Assembly: GCA_000002435.2 (NCBI GenBank)
Contig: CM018793.1
Reading direction: 5' to 3' (one strand)
Length of the DNA: 64,000 nt
Origin: Giardia intestinalis
Lineage: Eukaryota
Within the stretch, counting starts at the first letter, position 1. Every line of letters begins with the position of its first letter. The translations under genes were made by a program, and so were the position numbers. Below, piece by piece: positions 1-11,000 of the stretch. The notes beneath the pieces are model-generated. The model was not told the DNA's origin, searched no databases, and worked only from the letters and a program-made list of their open reading frames with translations.

Positions 1-3000
1 ACCTGTTCTGTCCGGCGACCGGGCCGTATCCTCCCTCGCACTCGCACACCTTCTGGTTGGGGGCAGAGTTCGGCGGGCAATCTGCGGCACAGCTCTTCCC
101 GTCGACCTGTATGTTGTGAGAACTGTCGGTGCATGCCGTGCAGGTCTGGTCGGCAGGGTTGCAGGTCTGGCAGCCCGCCGCACAGCCTGCGCTAGGATTC
201 TGTTCGCACCTGTTCTGTCCGGCGACCGGGCCGTATCCTCCCTCGCACTCGCACACCTTCTGGTTGGGGGCAGAGTTCGGCGGGCAATCTGCGGCACAGC
301 TCTTCCCGTCGACCTGTATGTTGTGAGAACTGTCGGTGCATGCCGTGCAGGTCTGGTCGGCAGGGTTGCAGGTCTGGCAGCCCGCCGCACAGCCTGCGCT
401 AGGATTCTGTTCGCACCTGTTCTGTCCGGCGACCGGGCCGTATCCTCCCTCGCACTCGCACACCTTCTGGTTGGGGGCAGAGTTCGGCGGGCAATCTGCG
501 GCACAGCTCTTCCCGTCGACCTGTATGTTGTGAGAACTGTCGGTGCATGCCGTGCAGGTCTGGTCGGCAGGGTTGCAGGTCTGGCAGCCCGCCGCACAGC
601 CTGCGCTAGGATTCTGTTCGCACCTGTTCTGTCCGGCGACCGGGCCGTATCCTCCCTCGCACTCGCACACCTTCTGGTTGGGGGCAGAGTTCGGCGGGCA
701 ATCTGCGGCACAGCTCTTCCCGTCGACCTGTATGTTGTGAGAACTGTCGGTGCATGCCGTGCAGGTCTGGTCGGCAGGGTTGCAGGTCTGGCAGCCCGCC
801 GCACAGCCTGCGCTAGGATTCTGTTCGCACCTGTTCTGTCCGGCGACCGGGCCGTATCCTCCCTCGCACTCGCACACCTTCTGGTTGGGGGCAGAGTTCG
901 GCGGGCAATCTGCGGCACAGCTCTTCCCGTCGACCTGTATGTTGTGAGAACTGTCGGTGCATGCCGTGCAGGTCTGGTCGGCAGGGTTGCAGGTCTGGCA
1001 GCCCGCCGCACAGCCTGCGCTAGGATTCTGTTCGCACCTGTTCTGTCCGGCGACCGGGCCGTATCCTCCCTCGCACTCGCACACCTTCTGGTTGGGGGCA
1101 GAGTTCGGCGGGCAATCTGCGGCACAGCTCTTCCCGTCGACCTGTATGTTGTGAGAACTGTCGGTGCATGCCGTGCAGGTCTGGTCGGCAGGGTTGCAGG
1201 TCTGGCAGCCCGCCGCACAGCCTGCGCTAGGATTCTGTTCGCACCTGTTCTGTCCGGCGACCGGGCCGTATCCTCCCTCGCACTCGCACACCTTCTGGTT
1301 GGGGGCAGAGTTCGGCGGGCAATCTGCGGCACAGCTCTTCCCGTCGACCTGTATGTTGTGAGAACTGTCGGTGCATGCCGTGCAGGTCTGGTCGGCAGGG
1401 TTGCAGGTCTGGCAGCCCGCCGCACAGCCTGCGCTAGGATTCTGTTCGCACCTGTTCTGTCCGGCGACCGGGCCGTATCCTCCCTCGCACTCGCACACCT
1501 TCTGGTTGGGGGCAGAGTTCGGCGGGCAATCTGCGGCACAGCTCTTCCCGTCGACCTGTATGTTGTGAGAACTGTCGGTGCATGCCGTGCAGGTCTGGTC
1601 GGCAGGGTTGCAGGTCTGGCAGCCCGCCGCACAGCCTGCGCTAGGATTCTGTTCGCACCTGTTCTGTCCGGCGACCGGGCCGTATCCTCCCTCGCACTCG
1701 CACACCTTCTGGTTGGGGGCAGAGTTCGGCGGGCAATCTGCGGCACAGCTCTTCCCGTCGACCTGTATGTTGTGAGAACTGTCGGTGCATGCCGTGCAGG
1801 TCTGGTCGGCAGGGTTGCAGGTCTGGCAGCCCGCCGCACAGCCTGCGCTAGGATTCTGTTCGCACCTGTTCTGTCCGGCGACCGGGCCGTATCCTCCCTC
1901 GCACTCGCACACCTTCTGGTTGGGGGCAGAGTTCGGCGGGCAATCTGCGGCACAGCTCTTCCCGTCGACCTGTATGTTGTGAGAACTGTCGGTGCATGCC
2001 GTGCAGGTCTGGTCGGCAGGGTTGCAGGTCTGGCAGCCCGCCGCACAGCCTGCGCTAGGATTCTGTTCGCACCTGTTCTGTCCGGCGACCGGGCCGTATC
2101 CTCCCTCGCACTCGCACACCTTCTGGTTGGGGGCAGAGTTCGGCGGGCAATCTGCGGCACAGCTCTTCCCGTCGACCTGTATGTTGTGAGAACTGTCGGT
2201 GCATGCCGTGCAGGTCTGGTCGGCAGGGTTGCAGGTCTGGCAGCCCGCCGCACAGCCTGCGCTAGGATTCTGTTCGCACCTGTTCTGTCCGGCGACCGGG
2301 CCGTATCCTCCCTCGCACTCGCACACCTTCTGGTTGGGGGCAGAGTTCGGCGGGCAATCTGCGGCACAGCTCTTCCCGTCGACCTGTATGTTGTGAGAAC
2401 TGTCGGTGCATGCCGTGCAGGTCTGGTCGGCAGGGTTGCAGGTCTGGCAGCCCGCCGCACAGCCTGCGCTAGGATTCTGTTCGCACCTGTTCTGTCCGGC
2501 GACCGGGCCGTATCCTCCCTCGCACTCGCACACCTTCTGGTTGGGGGCAGAGTTCGGCGGGCAATCTGCGGCACAGCTCTTCCCGTCGACCTGTATGTTG
2601 TGAGAACTGTCGGTGCATGCCGTGCAGGTCTGGTCGGCAGGGTTGCAGGTCTGGCAGCCCGCCGCACAGCCTGCGCTAGGATTCTGTTCGCACCTGTTCT
2701 GTCCGGCGACCGGGCCGTATCCTCCCTCGCACTCGCACACCTTCTGGTTGGGGGCAGAGTTCGGCGGGCAATCTGCGGCACAGCTCTTCCCGTCGACCTG
2801 TATGTTGTGAGAACTGTCGGTGCATGCCGTGCAGGTCTGGTCGGCAGGGTTGCAGGTCTGGCAGCCCGCCGCACAGCCTGCGCTAGGATTCTGTTCGCAC
2901 CTGTTCTGTCCGGCGACCGGGCCGTATCCTCCCTCGCACTCGCACACCTTCTGGTTGGGGGCAGAGTTCGGCGGGCAATCTGCGGCACAGCTCTTCCCGT

Positions 3001-3292
3001 CGACCTGTATGTTGTGAGAACTGTCGGTGCATGCCGTGCAGGTCTGGTCGGCAGGGTTGCAGGTCTGGCAGCCCGCCGCACAGCCTGCGCTAGGATTCTG
3101 TTCGCACCTGTTCTGTCCGGCGACCGGGCCGTATCCTCCCTCGCACTCGCACACCTTCTGGTTGGGGGCAGAGTTCGGCGGGCAATCTGCGGCACAGCTC
3201 TTCCCGTCGACCTGTATGTTGTGAGAACTGTCGGTGCATGCCGTGCAGGTCTGGTCGGCAGGGTTGCAGGTCTGGCAGCCCGCCGCACAGCT
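1..3292. repeat. Perfect tandem repeat array, 207-bp unit (69 codons), about 15.9 copies in the window, truncated by the window start; coding (see minus-strand CDS)
   Basis: The unit acctgttctgtccggcgacc... recurs at 1, 208, 415 and so on. The track's 65-aa ORFs recur every 207 bp with identical translations, so the copies are 100% identical. Identity is lost at about 3291 (cagcCTgcg becomes cagcTTgcc). Confidence 0.95.
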
Positions 3293-3334
3293 TGCCTGTG
3301 TTACCGCACAAACTAGGAGAAATCCTACCAACAT
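1..3334 (-). CDS. VSP-like cysteine-rich surface protein with 69-aa tandem repeats; N-terminal part only (ATG at 3334-3332), C-terminus lies beyond the window start
   Basis: Manual minus-strand translation from the ATG (plus-strand cat at 3332-3334) gives MLVGFLLVCAVTQA, a signal peptide, then SCAAGCQTCNPADQTCTACTDSSHNIQVDGKSCAADCPPNSAPNQKVCECEGGYGPVAGQNR, repeated with no stops across all copies. Each unit has 10 Cys and CXXC motifs typical of Giardia VSP/HCMP proteins. An in-frame stop lies upstream at 3344-3346. The ORF track omitted this gene because the reading frame runs off the window edge. Confidence 0.8.
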   Translation of the reverse strand, partial: MLVGFLLVCAVTQASCAAGCQTCNPADQTCTACTDSSHNIQVDGKSCAADCPPNSAPNQKVCECEGGYGPVAGQNRCEQNPSAGCAAGCQTCNPADQTCTACTDSSHNIQVDGKSCAADCPPNSAPNQKVCECEGGYGPVAGQNRCEQNPSAGCAAGCQTCNPADQTCTACTDSSHNIQVDGKSCAADCPPNSAPNQKVCECEGGYGPVAGQNRCEQNPSAGCAAGCQTCNPADQTCTACTDSSHNIQVDGKSCAADCPPNSAPNQKVCECEGGYGPVAGQNRCEQNPSAGCAAGCQTCNPADQTCTACTDSSHNIQVDGKSCAADCPPNSAPNQKVCECEGGYGPVAGQNRCEQNPSAGCAAGCQTCNPADQTCTACTDSSHNIQVDGKSCAADCPPNSAPNQKVCECEGGYGPVAGQNRCEQNPSAGCAAGCQTCNPADQTCTACTDSSHNIQVDGKSCAADCPPNSAPNQKVCECEGGYGPVAGQNRCEQNPSAGCAAGCQTCNPADQTCTACTDSSHNIQVDGKSCAADCPPNSAPNQKVCECEGGYGPVAGQNRCEQNPSAGCAAGCQTCNPADQTCTACTDSSHNIQVDGKSCAADCPPNSAPNQKVCECEGGYGPVAGQNRCEQNPSAGCAAGCQTCNPADQTCTACTDSSHNIQVDGKSCAADCPPNSAPNQKVCECEGGYGPVAGQNRCEQNPSAGCAAGCQTCNPADQTCTACTDSSHNIQVDGKSCAADCPPNSAPNQKVCECEGGYGPVAGQNRCEQNPSAGCAAGCQTCNPADQTCTACTDSSHNIQVDGKSCAADCPPNSAPNQKVCECEGGYGPVAGQNRCEQNPSAGCAAGCQTCNPADQTCTACTDSSHNIQVDGKSCAADCPPNSAPNQKVCECEGGYGPVAGQNRCEQNPSAGCAAGCQTCNPADQTCTACTDSSHNIQVDGKSCAADCPPNSAPNQKVCECEGGYGPVAGQNRCEQNPSAGCAAGCQTCNPADQTCTACTDSSHNIQVDGKSCAADCPPNSAPNQKVCECEGGYGPVAGQNRCEQNPSAGCAAGCQTCNPADQTCTACTDSSHNIQVDGKSCAADCPPNSAPNQKVCECEGGYGPVAGQNR

Positions 3335-3916
3335 TAGCCGGATTCATATGCCACTGCCCTTCCGTCAGGCCGGTGTGTTGCCGCGAGCAGTGAGAGACAG
3401 CCGCTCTTGCTCTCTTGATCGGTTGGACTGGAGAAGGACAAGATAGGAGCACATCCATCGGAGGCCAACTGATAGCGCAGTTCTCCCTGGCTTCAGTAGG
3501 AACAGAACCAGTGAGGACCAGACTCAGATCGCACCTCTCTTGTGGAATGATTGGTCGGGGTGCACTCCTGTACATTGCTGTGGAGTATTCGTTGGCTCCC
3601 TCTGCGGGGGCTGGTGTCTTGGTAGTAAACGCATCATCGGTAGATTCCGGTGATGCCTAGTTATTGATTTTGGGGGCAGACGTCTGTTGTCTTATCTGCC
3701 CCAGTGTTTCTGTGCGTTTGGTGGGATGAGTACTAGCACGTGCTGTGGCCGCAGGTAGGACGAGGGGTGCGTAAGCAACACTGTGATGCCTGGCTCAGAA
3801 ACTGATGAAACTACTAATGCGTACACTCAGCACATATAATTATTCGCCACATTGGCAATTACCAGGGGGAGTGCGCCAAATGGGCAAATTTGGTTGGAAC
3901 AAAAAACCGCTGCTTA

Positions 3917-5038
3917 ATGTCCAGAAAATCACCCAGCACAGCTCAGAAGAGCACGCTGAAGCATCGTCATCCCCTCAAATTGAAGTCACTTCCTCGATGG
4001 CTTTCCATACTGCTTGTTGTAATTTATGTCGTTACAGGGATCTTTCAGCCAATTGTCCTAGACTCAATTAGTCGGATGGGTGGAGCCGAGAAGCAGGCTT
4101 TTCTTTTTCCTATCCCTAACTCCATGGGAATGGCCTTACTTATGGCTATTCCTACACGCAAGTCTCACTACTCACGTCGAGCCTCTCTCTATAAGTTTCC
4201 CAAAGAGATAATTGTAATGACTCTGATAGATGTCAGTGCAACGACTCTCACGCTCTTCGGCCAGCTGATGATTGGCTCGGGTCTATATATTATTGTCTAC
4301 TCCTCCCTCACTATTTGGTCAGCTATTGGGTCTTTGTTACTCTTGAAGAGACACTTCACGTGGCCTATGTGGATGGGTGTTGTGGTTGTTACTATTGGAC
4401 TGATGATATCTGGAGTGGGCGCTTTCACCACGTTCGGCCTGTCAACGCTAATTGGAATGGCTGTCACTTTGGTGGGGACCATTCTGCACTCTGGTGTTTA
4501 CTGGGTATCCGAATACTTTTGTCTTCATAAGGAGTACCCAATTCACTCCACTTTCTTGGCCGGCTACATGGGAATCTTTGGGGTTGCAATTTTCCTTTCT
4601 TATGTCACAGGATACACAATTCCTCGGTGGGAGGCACTATTTGTCCAGCCAATGGAAGCTGGTGGTGGATCATACTGGAAAATATTTAGCACCTACCTCC
4701 TATTAATCCTGATTGACTGGGCTCACCTATACGCCCAATTCACAGCTGTCGTGGCTGTAGGCTCCGTGATAGTTGGGATCAACAAGGCAATTAGCTCCAT
4801 CGGTGTCTTCGTTCTTAGTCACTTTCTATTTTGTGAAGTAGATAGTTCTGAGTGCATAGATCTATTTAAAATCCTATCCTTATGCTTCGTTATATCTGGA
4901 GTCATCATATATACTACTGCTTATCATTATTATAAGAAGAAACAGAACCGACTGCAGGGAAGTCAGAAGAGTCCGCAGGAAGATACATCAATTGATCAGT
5001 TGCCAAGTAGTGAAACGCCCCCGCTTAGTTTAGAGTAA
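3917..5038 (+). CDS. Multi-pass membrane protein, SLC35/DMT-like putative transporter (373 aa from the first ATG; the track start at 3890 is a TTG)
   Basis: About 9-10 hydrophobic helices (LSILLVVIYVVTGIF, MGMALLMAIP, VVVVTIGLMISGVGAF, LLLILIDWAHLY, LCFVISGVIIYTT). ATG at 3917 is preceded by tta. Stop at 5036-38. Confidence 0.6.
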   Translation: MSRKSPSTAQKSTLKHRHPLKLKSLPRWLSILLVVIYVVTGIFQPIVLDSISRMGGAEKQAFLFPIPNSMGMALLMAIPTRKSHYSRRASLYKFPKEIIVMTLIDVSATTLTLFGQLMIGSGLYIIVYSSLTIWSAIGSLLLLKRHFTWPMWMGVVVVTIGLMISGVGAFTTFGLSTLIGMAVTLVGTILHSGVYWVSEYFCLHKEYPIHSTFLAGYMGIFGVAIFLSYVTGYTIPRWEALFVQPMEAGGGSYWKIFSTYLLLILIDWAHLYAQFTAVVAVGSVIVGINKAISSIGVFVLSHFLFCEVDSSECIDLFKILSLCFVISGVIIYTTAYHYYKKKQNRLQGSQKSPQEDTSIDQLPSSETPPLSLE

Positions 5039-8000
5039 TTCTAACTGGAAGGATAGCGGTTTTTTCAAACGATCCACAGGTCAGTTTAAAGCTTATGTAG
5101 CCTTCCATAGTTAAGGACAAGGCACCAGAGAACGCAAGCTTTGGAACAGAAAGGGTCATTTTTGCCATCTTTCCCGCCTGGACAGTTCCACTAGCCGGGG
5201 AGATAACGAGATCTAAAAGTTGGGGAGAAGTCGAAATGTGCTTAAACTCGGCCTGGGGCTGTTCTATTGCACACCCACAATATATTTTTGTACTGCCTTG
5301 GAGCGGTACAGTGACCACTGGTCCAATAAAGTACATGGAAACAGGGTGTCGCGAAGCAAAGCACCTACATATAACCAGCTTCTTTGCATCTCCAGAAACA
5401 ATCTCTGTTACGGCCAAGCTTCCATTGGCTTCTGTTACCCCAAACACCCCTATAAGTATTTTGGTCATAATGCTACTTCCTTTAGGCACTACACCTTCAG
5501 ATGCAATAGCGGTTTGCGATATGTTTTCAGAACACTCGTGATATTTCACGTTGTATTTAAAGTCATACTTGTTTTCATTACTGAGAGTCAGTGCAATTAA
5601 ATGCGTATAGGTCTCTGAAGTGTCAACAATTAGTATCGGCGGGGACTCAGTGTAAATGACGTCTGACTGAGAGGCAGTGTAGATATCTGGAAGCGGAAAA
5701 TCTGTTTGTACTAAAGAGCTGGAGCTATCTAAAGTTACAGCCAGGGTAACCTTAACACCATAGCCCTTTAGCTTGAGGATAACATTGTTAAGTCGTTGAC
5801 TTGTGAGCAGAGAACTTGATGACAATTCTATGGTTTCTTCAGTGTACCCCACTCGCCTTGGAGAATACTCGAAGTGGAGTGTGAGGGGCTTCTGTGCTGT
5901 CATAGAGGCTTCTTCAAGGCAGCTTGTTAATATAATATCCGAATCAAAGGCCTCTTCCAGCTGGCGTCTGAATTGAAAATGGTCTCCATAATATTGTTCG
6001 CGATCATAGAATGGAAGAGACTCATTCAGCGATATGACTGCACTTCGGTTTGACACACAACCCAAAGGAACATATCCAAAATTGAGCGTTATGAGGGATT
6101 GATTGTGAGCTAAAATAGTAGGAAGCTTAAGGGCCTCTTGACGCAGCAAGTTAGCTACGTATTTTGATTCAGCTAGCGCAGGCATCTGTTTTGTTATAGG
6201 ATCTTCTGGAATACCTTGTGTTACAACCTGCAATGATCCACCGTTAGCCGTTAATAGTGCAGACGAAGTAGTGCCCTCGGTTGAGTTGAGATCCTCCTTG
6301 AAGGTGAGAGGCGGAATAAGTATTGCATCATCAGGAGCTACATCAAGTTCGTCGCAAAGCCTATTTGGCACGGGTGCTATCACAATAATAGGACGGGCGA
6401 TTAGCAAATTCAACGGGCAAACCAAAAAGGGAGACGCAGCATCTTCTGTCATAATTGGTATGTTAATGGTCAAATGCTGGTCGACAAAGATCTGTTTTTT
6501 CGATTGTACCATTTCATTGGAATCCAGCTTCTTCTGCTTACCTTCTTCCGTATTCACTAGGTCTGTGGTAGTGGGATCATTTTCAACAGAGACATCAGAA
6601 TCGCTCAGAATGGAGCTATTGTCAGGGAGAAGAACAGAGGGGTCCAAATGGCGTCTCTGGATATAAAGGAATTGATTTTTCTTTGTCAGATAATTGATAA
6701 TGTCAGTGGTAGAAGACGTGCCAAGAACTGCCGATGTGTTTGGACTAGGCTCGGCTGTATAAGTTTCAAGGGCATTATGAGAAGGACTAACTGCAGTGGC
6801 AGATATAGGTCTGGATGTCTGGCTCAGATCAAGCAAATCCTTGAGCGCTTCATCTGCATGCTGATCATCTAGAAAAGAAAGTAGTCGGACCAAGAGGGAG
6901 GCAGATGTATTAATTGTTACTGACATTCTATAAATAGATTGTGCAGCGACTACTCCAGCAGTAGGCTTAATACTTAGAAACCCATTAAAGTTAGTCTCCA
7001 TGAACTGAAGAAATGCCGGAGATATAGACCATTTTTTGGGCATGTTAACCGTTGAGCGCAGATAAATTTGCTCTACTCGAAGAATATCTGTAACACTCAT
7101 TCTAAATATATCCATGCTGCTTTGGCAAAGGAGTGAGGGCTGCATAGAAGTAGCACAGATAGTGAAGTTCTTGATGTATCCAAACTCCGACTCAATCGAG
7201 CATTTCACTTGAAACTTCTTTGCATTATTGGGCAAGATCCCCAAGTGCATGCGGACTTCTTGGCCAGGATAGAGAAGAATCGTGCCATTATCTGGCCCTG
7301 CTAATAAAGAGACATCTGGAACAGGTTTAGTCAAAAGCGCAACATGCTGCGGCAATGCACTGCTATTCCGTACGATGACAGGGACATTCGTCACATGCCA
7401 CAATGCTATTTCACCCAAATTAACTGATGACCGGTCCTGAAGGTCTAAGGTGTCATTAATCGTTAGATATCCTTCTGTTAATGTACGATTGGCTCGCGTG
7501 GCTAATGTCCCCACAGTACGCATTGTACGAACAGTTTTTGTAACCTGTGAAAGAACACTAGACTTGGCACGTATAGAGGCTGACTCCTCACTCGCAGATG
7601 GGTGGGTATAAGGAAGCTTGACAAGAAGCTCCGAGCTGGTGAAGCAGGTGCTTAACCGAACAAGAATCGGTTCGGGCTGACCAGATACTCTGATTAGTAT
7701 ATTAAATGAACAACTAATATACCCACCTACAGAACTCAAGTTCCGTAACTCTGCTTTTGCGTTAGCTACTCTTCCTTGCAGCAAGGGCAAATCTTGGTCT
7801 CTAATGGTTTGTAGGTTTGATGATAGCTGATCACACTCGAGGGTTAACCTTTGAAATTCTTCTTGACTGGATGTAGAGCTTGTGGTCTTGCTCTTGCTAG
7901 GCGTCTTTTTTTCTACTGCCTTTGCCAGCTCTTTAGCCCTTCCAGAACCTAATGTAGACGAGGGTTTAGAATCATCTGCGTCTCGAAGTGCATCTTCCAC

Positions 8001-11000
8001 CGCTTGCTTCTTTTGCAGCAGAGTTGCCAATTTGGTCTCCAGCTCCTGCTGATAGTTCAATAGCGAATCTAGCTCCTGTAATTGCTGCTTCAGTTGCTCA
8101 TTGAGAGCTCTAACATCATCCCCCAAGACTACAGATGGAAGGGTAGGGGCATATTGGTCGACTCCGGAGATGAAAATATCTGCCCACGATTCTAAGGGGC
8201 ACTTGGTGGCAGGCGGTCTACGGTTTTCCTTGATTGTGTATTCTAGATCAGTGTAGTCGACCAGTTCTTGGTACTGCTCTACCTGATTAAGAATCCTCAT
8301 CAATTCAGCCTTACTTTCGCATAGTAAGCTGACCTTTATATGAAGATCCCCCGTTGTCTTGCAGATAATTGTTTCGGAGACGTTGGAGGAGCAAATGGTT
8401 TTCATGAGAGTTGGTACAAAGACAGTTATTGGTCTACTATTGTTGTCAACAGACCGCAGCCTTATCTCAGAGCTGTATGTTGAATTGTAAAAACAAGTCA
8501 GGTAATCTATACTGCTGCTTAAAGCATACACTCCTGATTGGAGGGTGTATGCATTTACAAGCAAAGTGTTGGTAAATTCGCCACTACTTTGCAAGACAGC
8601 ATAATCATCGTCGGACTTGTCCAAGCAAGGAAAGATAGGTTTAACGGTTAGGTTAAGTTTTAGTATCATGTCTAAGAGAAAGCGAAGCGGAGAATGCACG
8701 ACAGGAAGGGCCACAATAGACATCGGGGGAAGAACTATAGACAGTTCTATATTACTGTGCACCGTATACTCAAGCAAATCGTTAGCTACGTTATATGCTT
8801 GGGCCCACGCAGTCATGTCTGTCTCTGTCTTCTCCTTCACGCGCCTGTCTAGCTCTGACTTAAAGAACACGGGATCCAGTAGTGTGTTGCTGGCAGTATC
8901 CTCTTTAGAGCTCTGCTGGTCGTTCGTGGTGAGAACATCCTTTGTACCTCGAGTACTGGGCGGCCTTCCTCCTCCTTTATTTGTTGATGAATTCGCTGTG
9001 CCTCCGTTCCCTTTTTGGAGAGCTACTGGCTGCTCTAGGCTTTTTTCGTAAGCCCTGCGCTCATCCTCTAGTTGTGCAGTAATTGCTTGCAAATTCTCAG
9101 AAAGAATATCCTTCAGCTTTTCTTTCTTAAGGCGAGCAAAGTATGGCTCGAAATGAAATGCCTTTCCTTCATAAAATGCCAAGAACGGAGTTCCAATTTG
9201 AAGTAGAGGAGCAGTCCTGGCTGACTCGTTGTGTCCCGTCACTGAAATATTGGATAGGGCTTCTACCATCAATTCTGTGCTGAGCTCTTCCGGTTGAGGC
9301 CCTAACTCAGTGATTGCCACGTCAATAGCATCATCACGTGTAATGTTCGGTACCACTGTAGTATCGTTATCTGTAGAGTGTGTCTGCTTTTGCTGAATAA
9401 GGCCTGCTTTTGGTGATCGTTGTCTAGCAACAAGAGACTTCGCAGCCGGTGGATTTACCTCCGCCGGTGTATTACTGGCAAGGATCTCCTCAACCCTTTT
9501 ATTCAGTGCAGAAACATATGCTTCCACTTCTCGATGCCGAGTTTCAACTTCGTCTGTTGAGTATAGCTTAGAGGGGATTCGTGGAGATGTCGATCTGGTT
9601 GCTTGTTGCATGTATGAGTACACCGTGTCTATAGAAACACTGGTAGATCTAAAGGTTTGGGGAATTGTGCGGTCAAGTAGCATTCCTTTTCTTCTCGACA
9701 TAGATCCTCGCAAAGTAGATGGGGACGACGACTGGGCGTCGAAAGTGAGGTGCATCTGTTCGCTGAGCTGCTTCTCCATAGAAAAGGGTCTAGATGTAGA
9801 ATGCGCCTTCACGTTATCATTTGCAATTTGCTGTATTTCAGTTAAGCTACCGGTTAATATGGTTTGTGGTACTGGGATACCAAGCAGACTGCTGTGAAGA
9901 GCACATGCATCCAATCTTATCCTTACTAGTGCAGGCAACGCACCACTATTGGACAGATAAAATGCCTCCTGTGAGACTCCGTGTGGAGGCGTTGCCAACG
10001 TGATAAGCTCTCTCCCACCATCTTTATTTAATGCTAGAGACGACAAGTTCATAGTTTGTGACAAGGTAGCGCCTAGATCTGAAATAATTGCTCCATTGAT
10101 ATTTGTATGGATGAGCGTGGCCTTTGTTGCCAGGGTTTCTGGAGAAGAATTACGTAAAGAAATGGAAATCTCATATACTTTTCTCACTAATTCAAGATTT
10201 TTTAAGATAAGAATTGCTATTTGGCGCGGATAACAGGTAATCGGAACGTGAAGCTCTCCAGTTTGGTATTTTATGGTGAGGGAAGTGTCTATAACAGTTA
10301 AGCACGCTTTTTCATTTAGTGGAGGCGTAAATATGATCGTTACTGATGTCTTTGCTCCAGAGGCCATAAATCCACTGGGTGTATATGTAAACTTTAGCAA
10401 ATGAAGAACTTGTGGTTCTGGCTCAAGAACTTTAAATGCAGCAAGCCCTGCTGATACGTTAGTCACTTGGATTACAAACGACTTAGACTGCCCAGGGGCG
10501 TAGTCAAAAAAGATAACCGCCGAGGGATGGCAGAGAAATGCTGAAGAGCTACTAAGGTGTGATGACATCACTGTCTGCGTTTGAATAGCACAAGGCATGT
10601 CCAATGTTTTCAGCTTCCTAAGATGGGACGACGCTAACTTCTTGGCACCTAGTCGTTCGGACGCCTGACTAGATACGATAGGTTTAGCGACCGGCAACTT
10701 CTGAGTATTTGTTTTGTCTCTTTTCGTGGTTGAGAAGCTTTCCGGTGGTGGGGGCGGGGCATGGTCGTAGGCCAGGGCTACCTCGTTATCATCGTCACTG
10801 CTCGGCCATGCATCAAAGTCTATCTCCCTGACCTCCTTCTTTGCATCTGCTCCTTTCCCACGAGCTGGCACTTGGGTAGGTGAAGGTCGTCGCTGCTCTT
10901 TGGAGGAAGTACGTGTAGCCTCTTGTAAATCAGCAGCAACTTGGGTCGTTGTATTTGCCGGTGTTGTGTTTTTTGGAAGCATATCGTAAAAGGGGTCCTT

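Noticed and set aside
116-3316. 1066-aa plus-strand ORF (MRTVGACRAGLVGR... repeated) and the fifteen 65-aa ORFs MHAVQVWSAG...
   Set aside because: These are antisense read-through of the Cys-codon-rich repeat (GCA/GCC opposite TGC/GGC). The Ala/Arg/Gly junk composition, the absence of a signal peptide, and a real signal-peptide plus Cys-rich frame on the other strand all argue against them.
3805-4071. 88-aa ORF overlapping the start of the transporter gene in another frame
   Set aside because: It is fully nested in the 5' end of a well-supported membrane-protein ORF; most likely an alternative-frame artefact.
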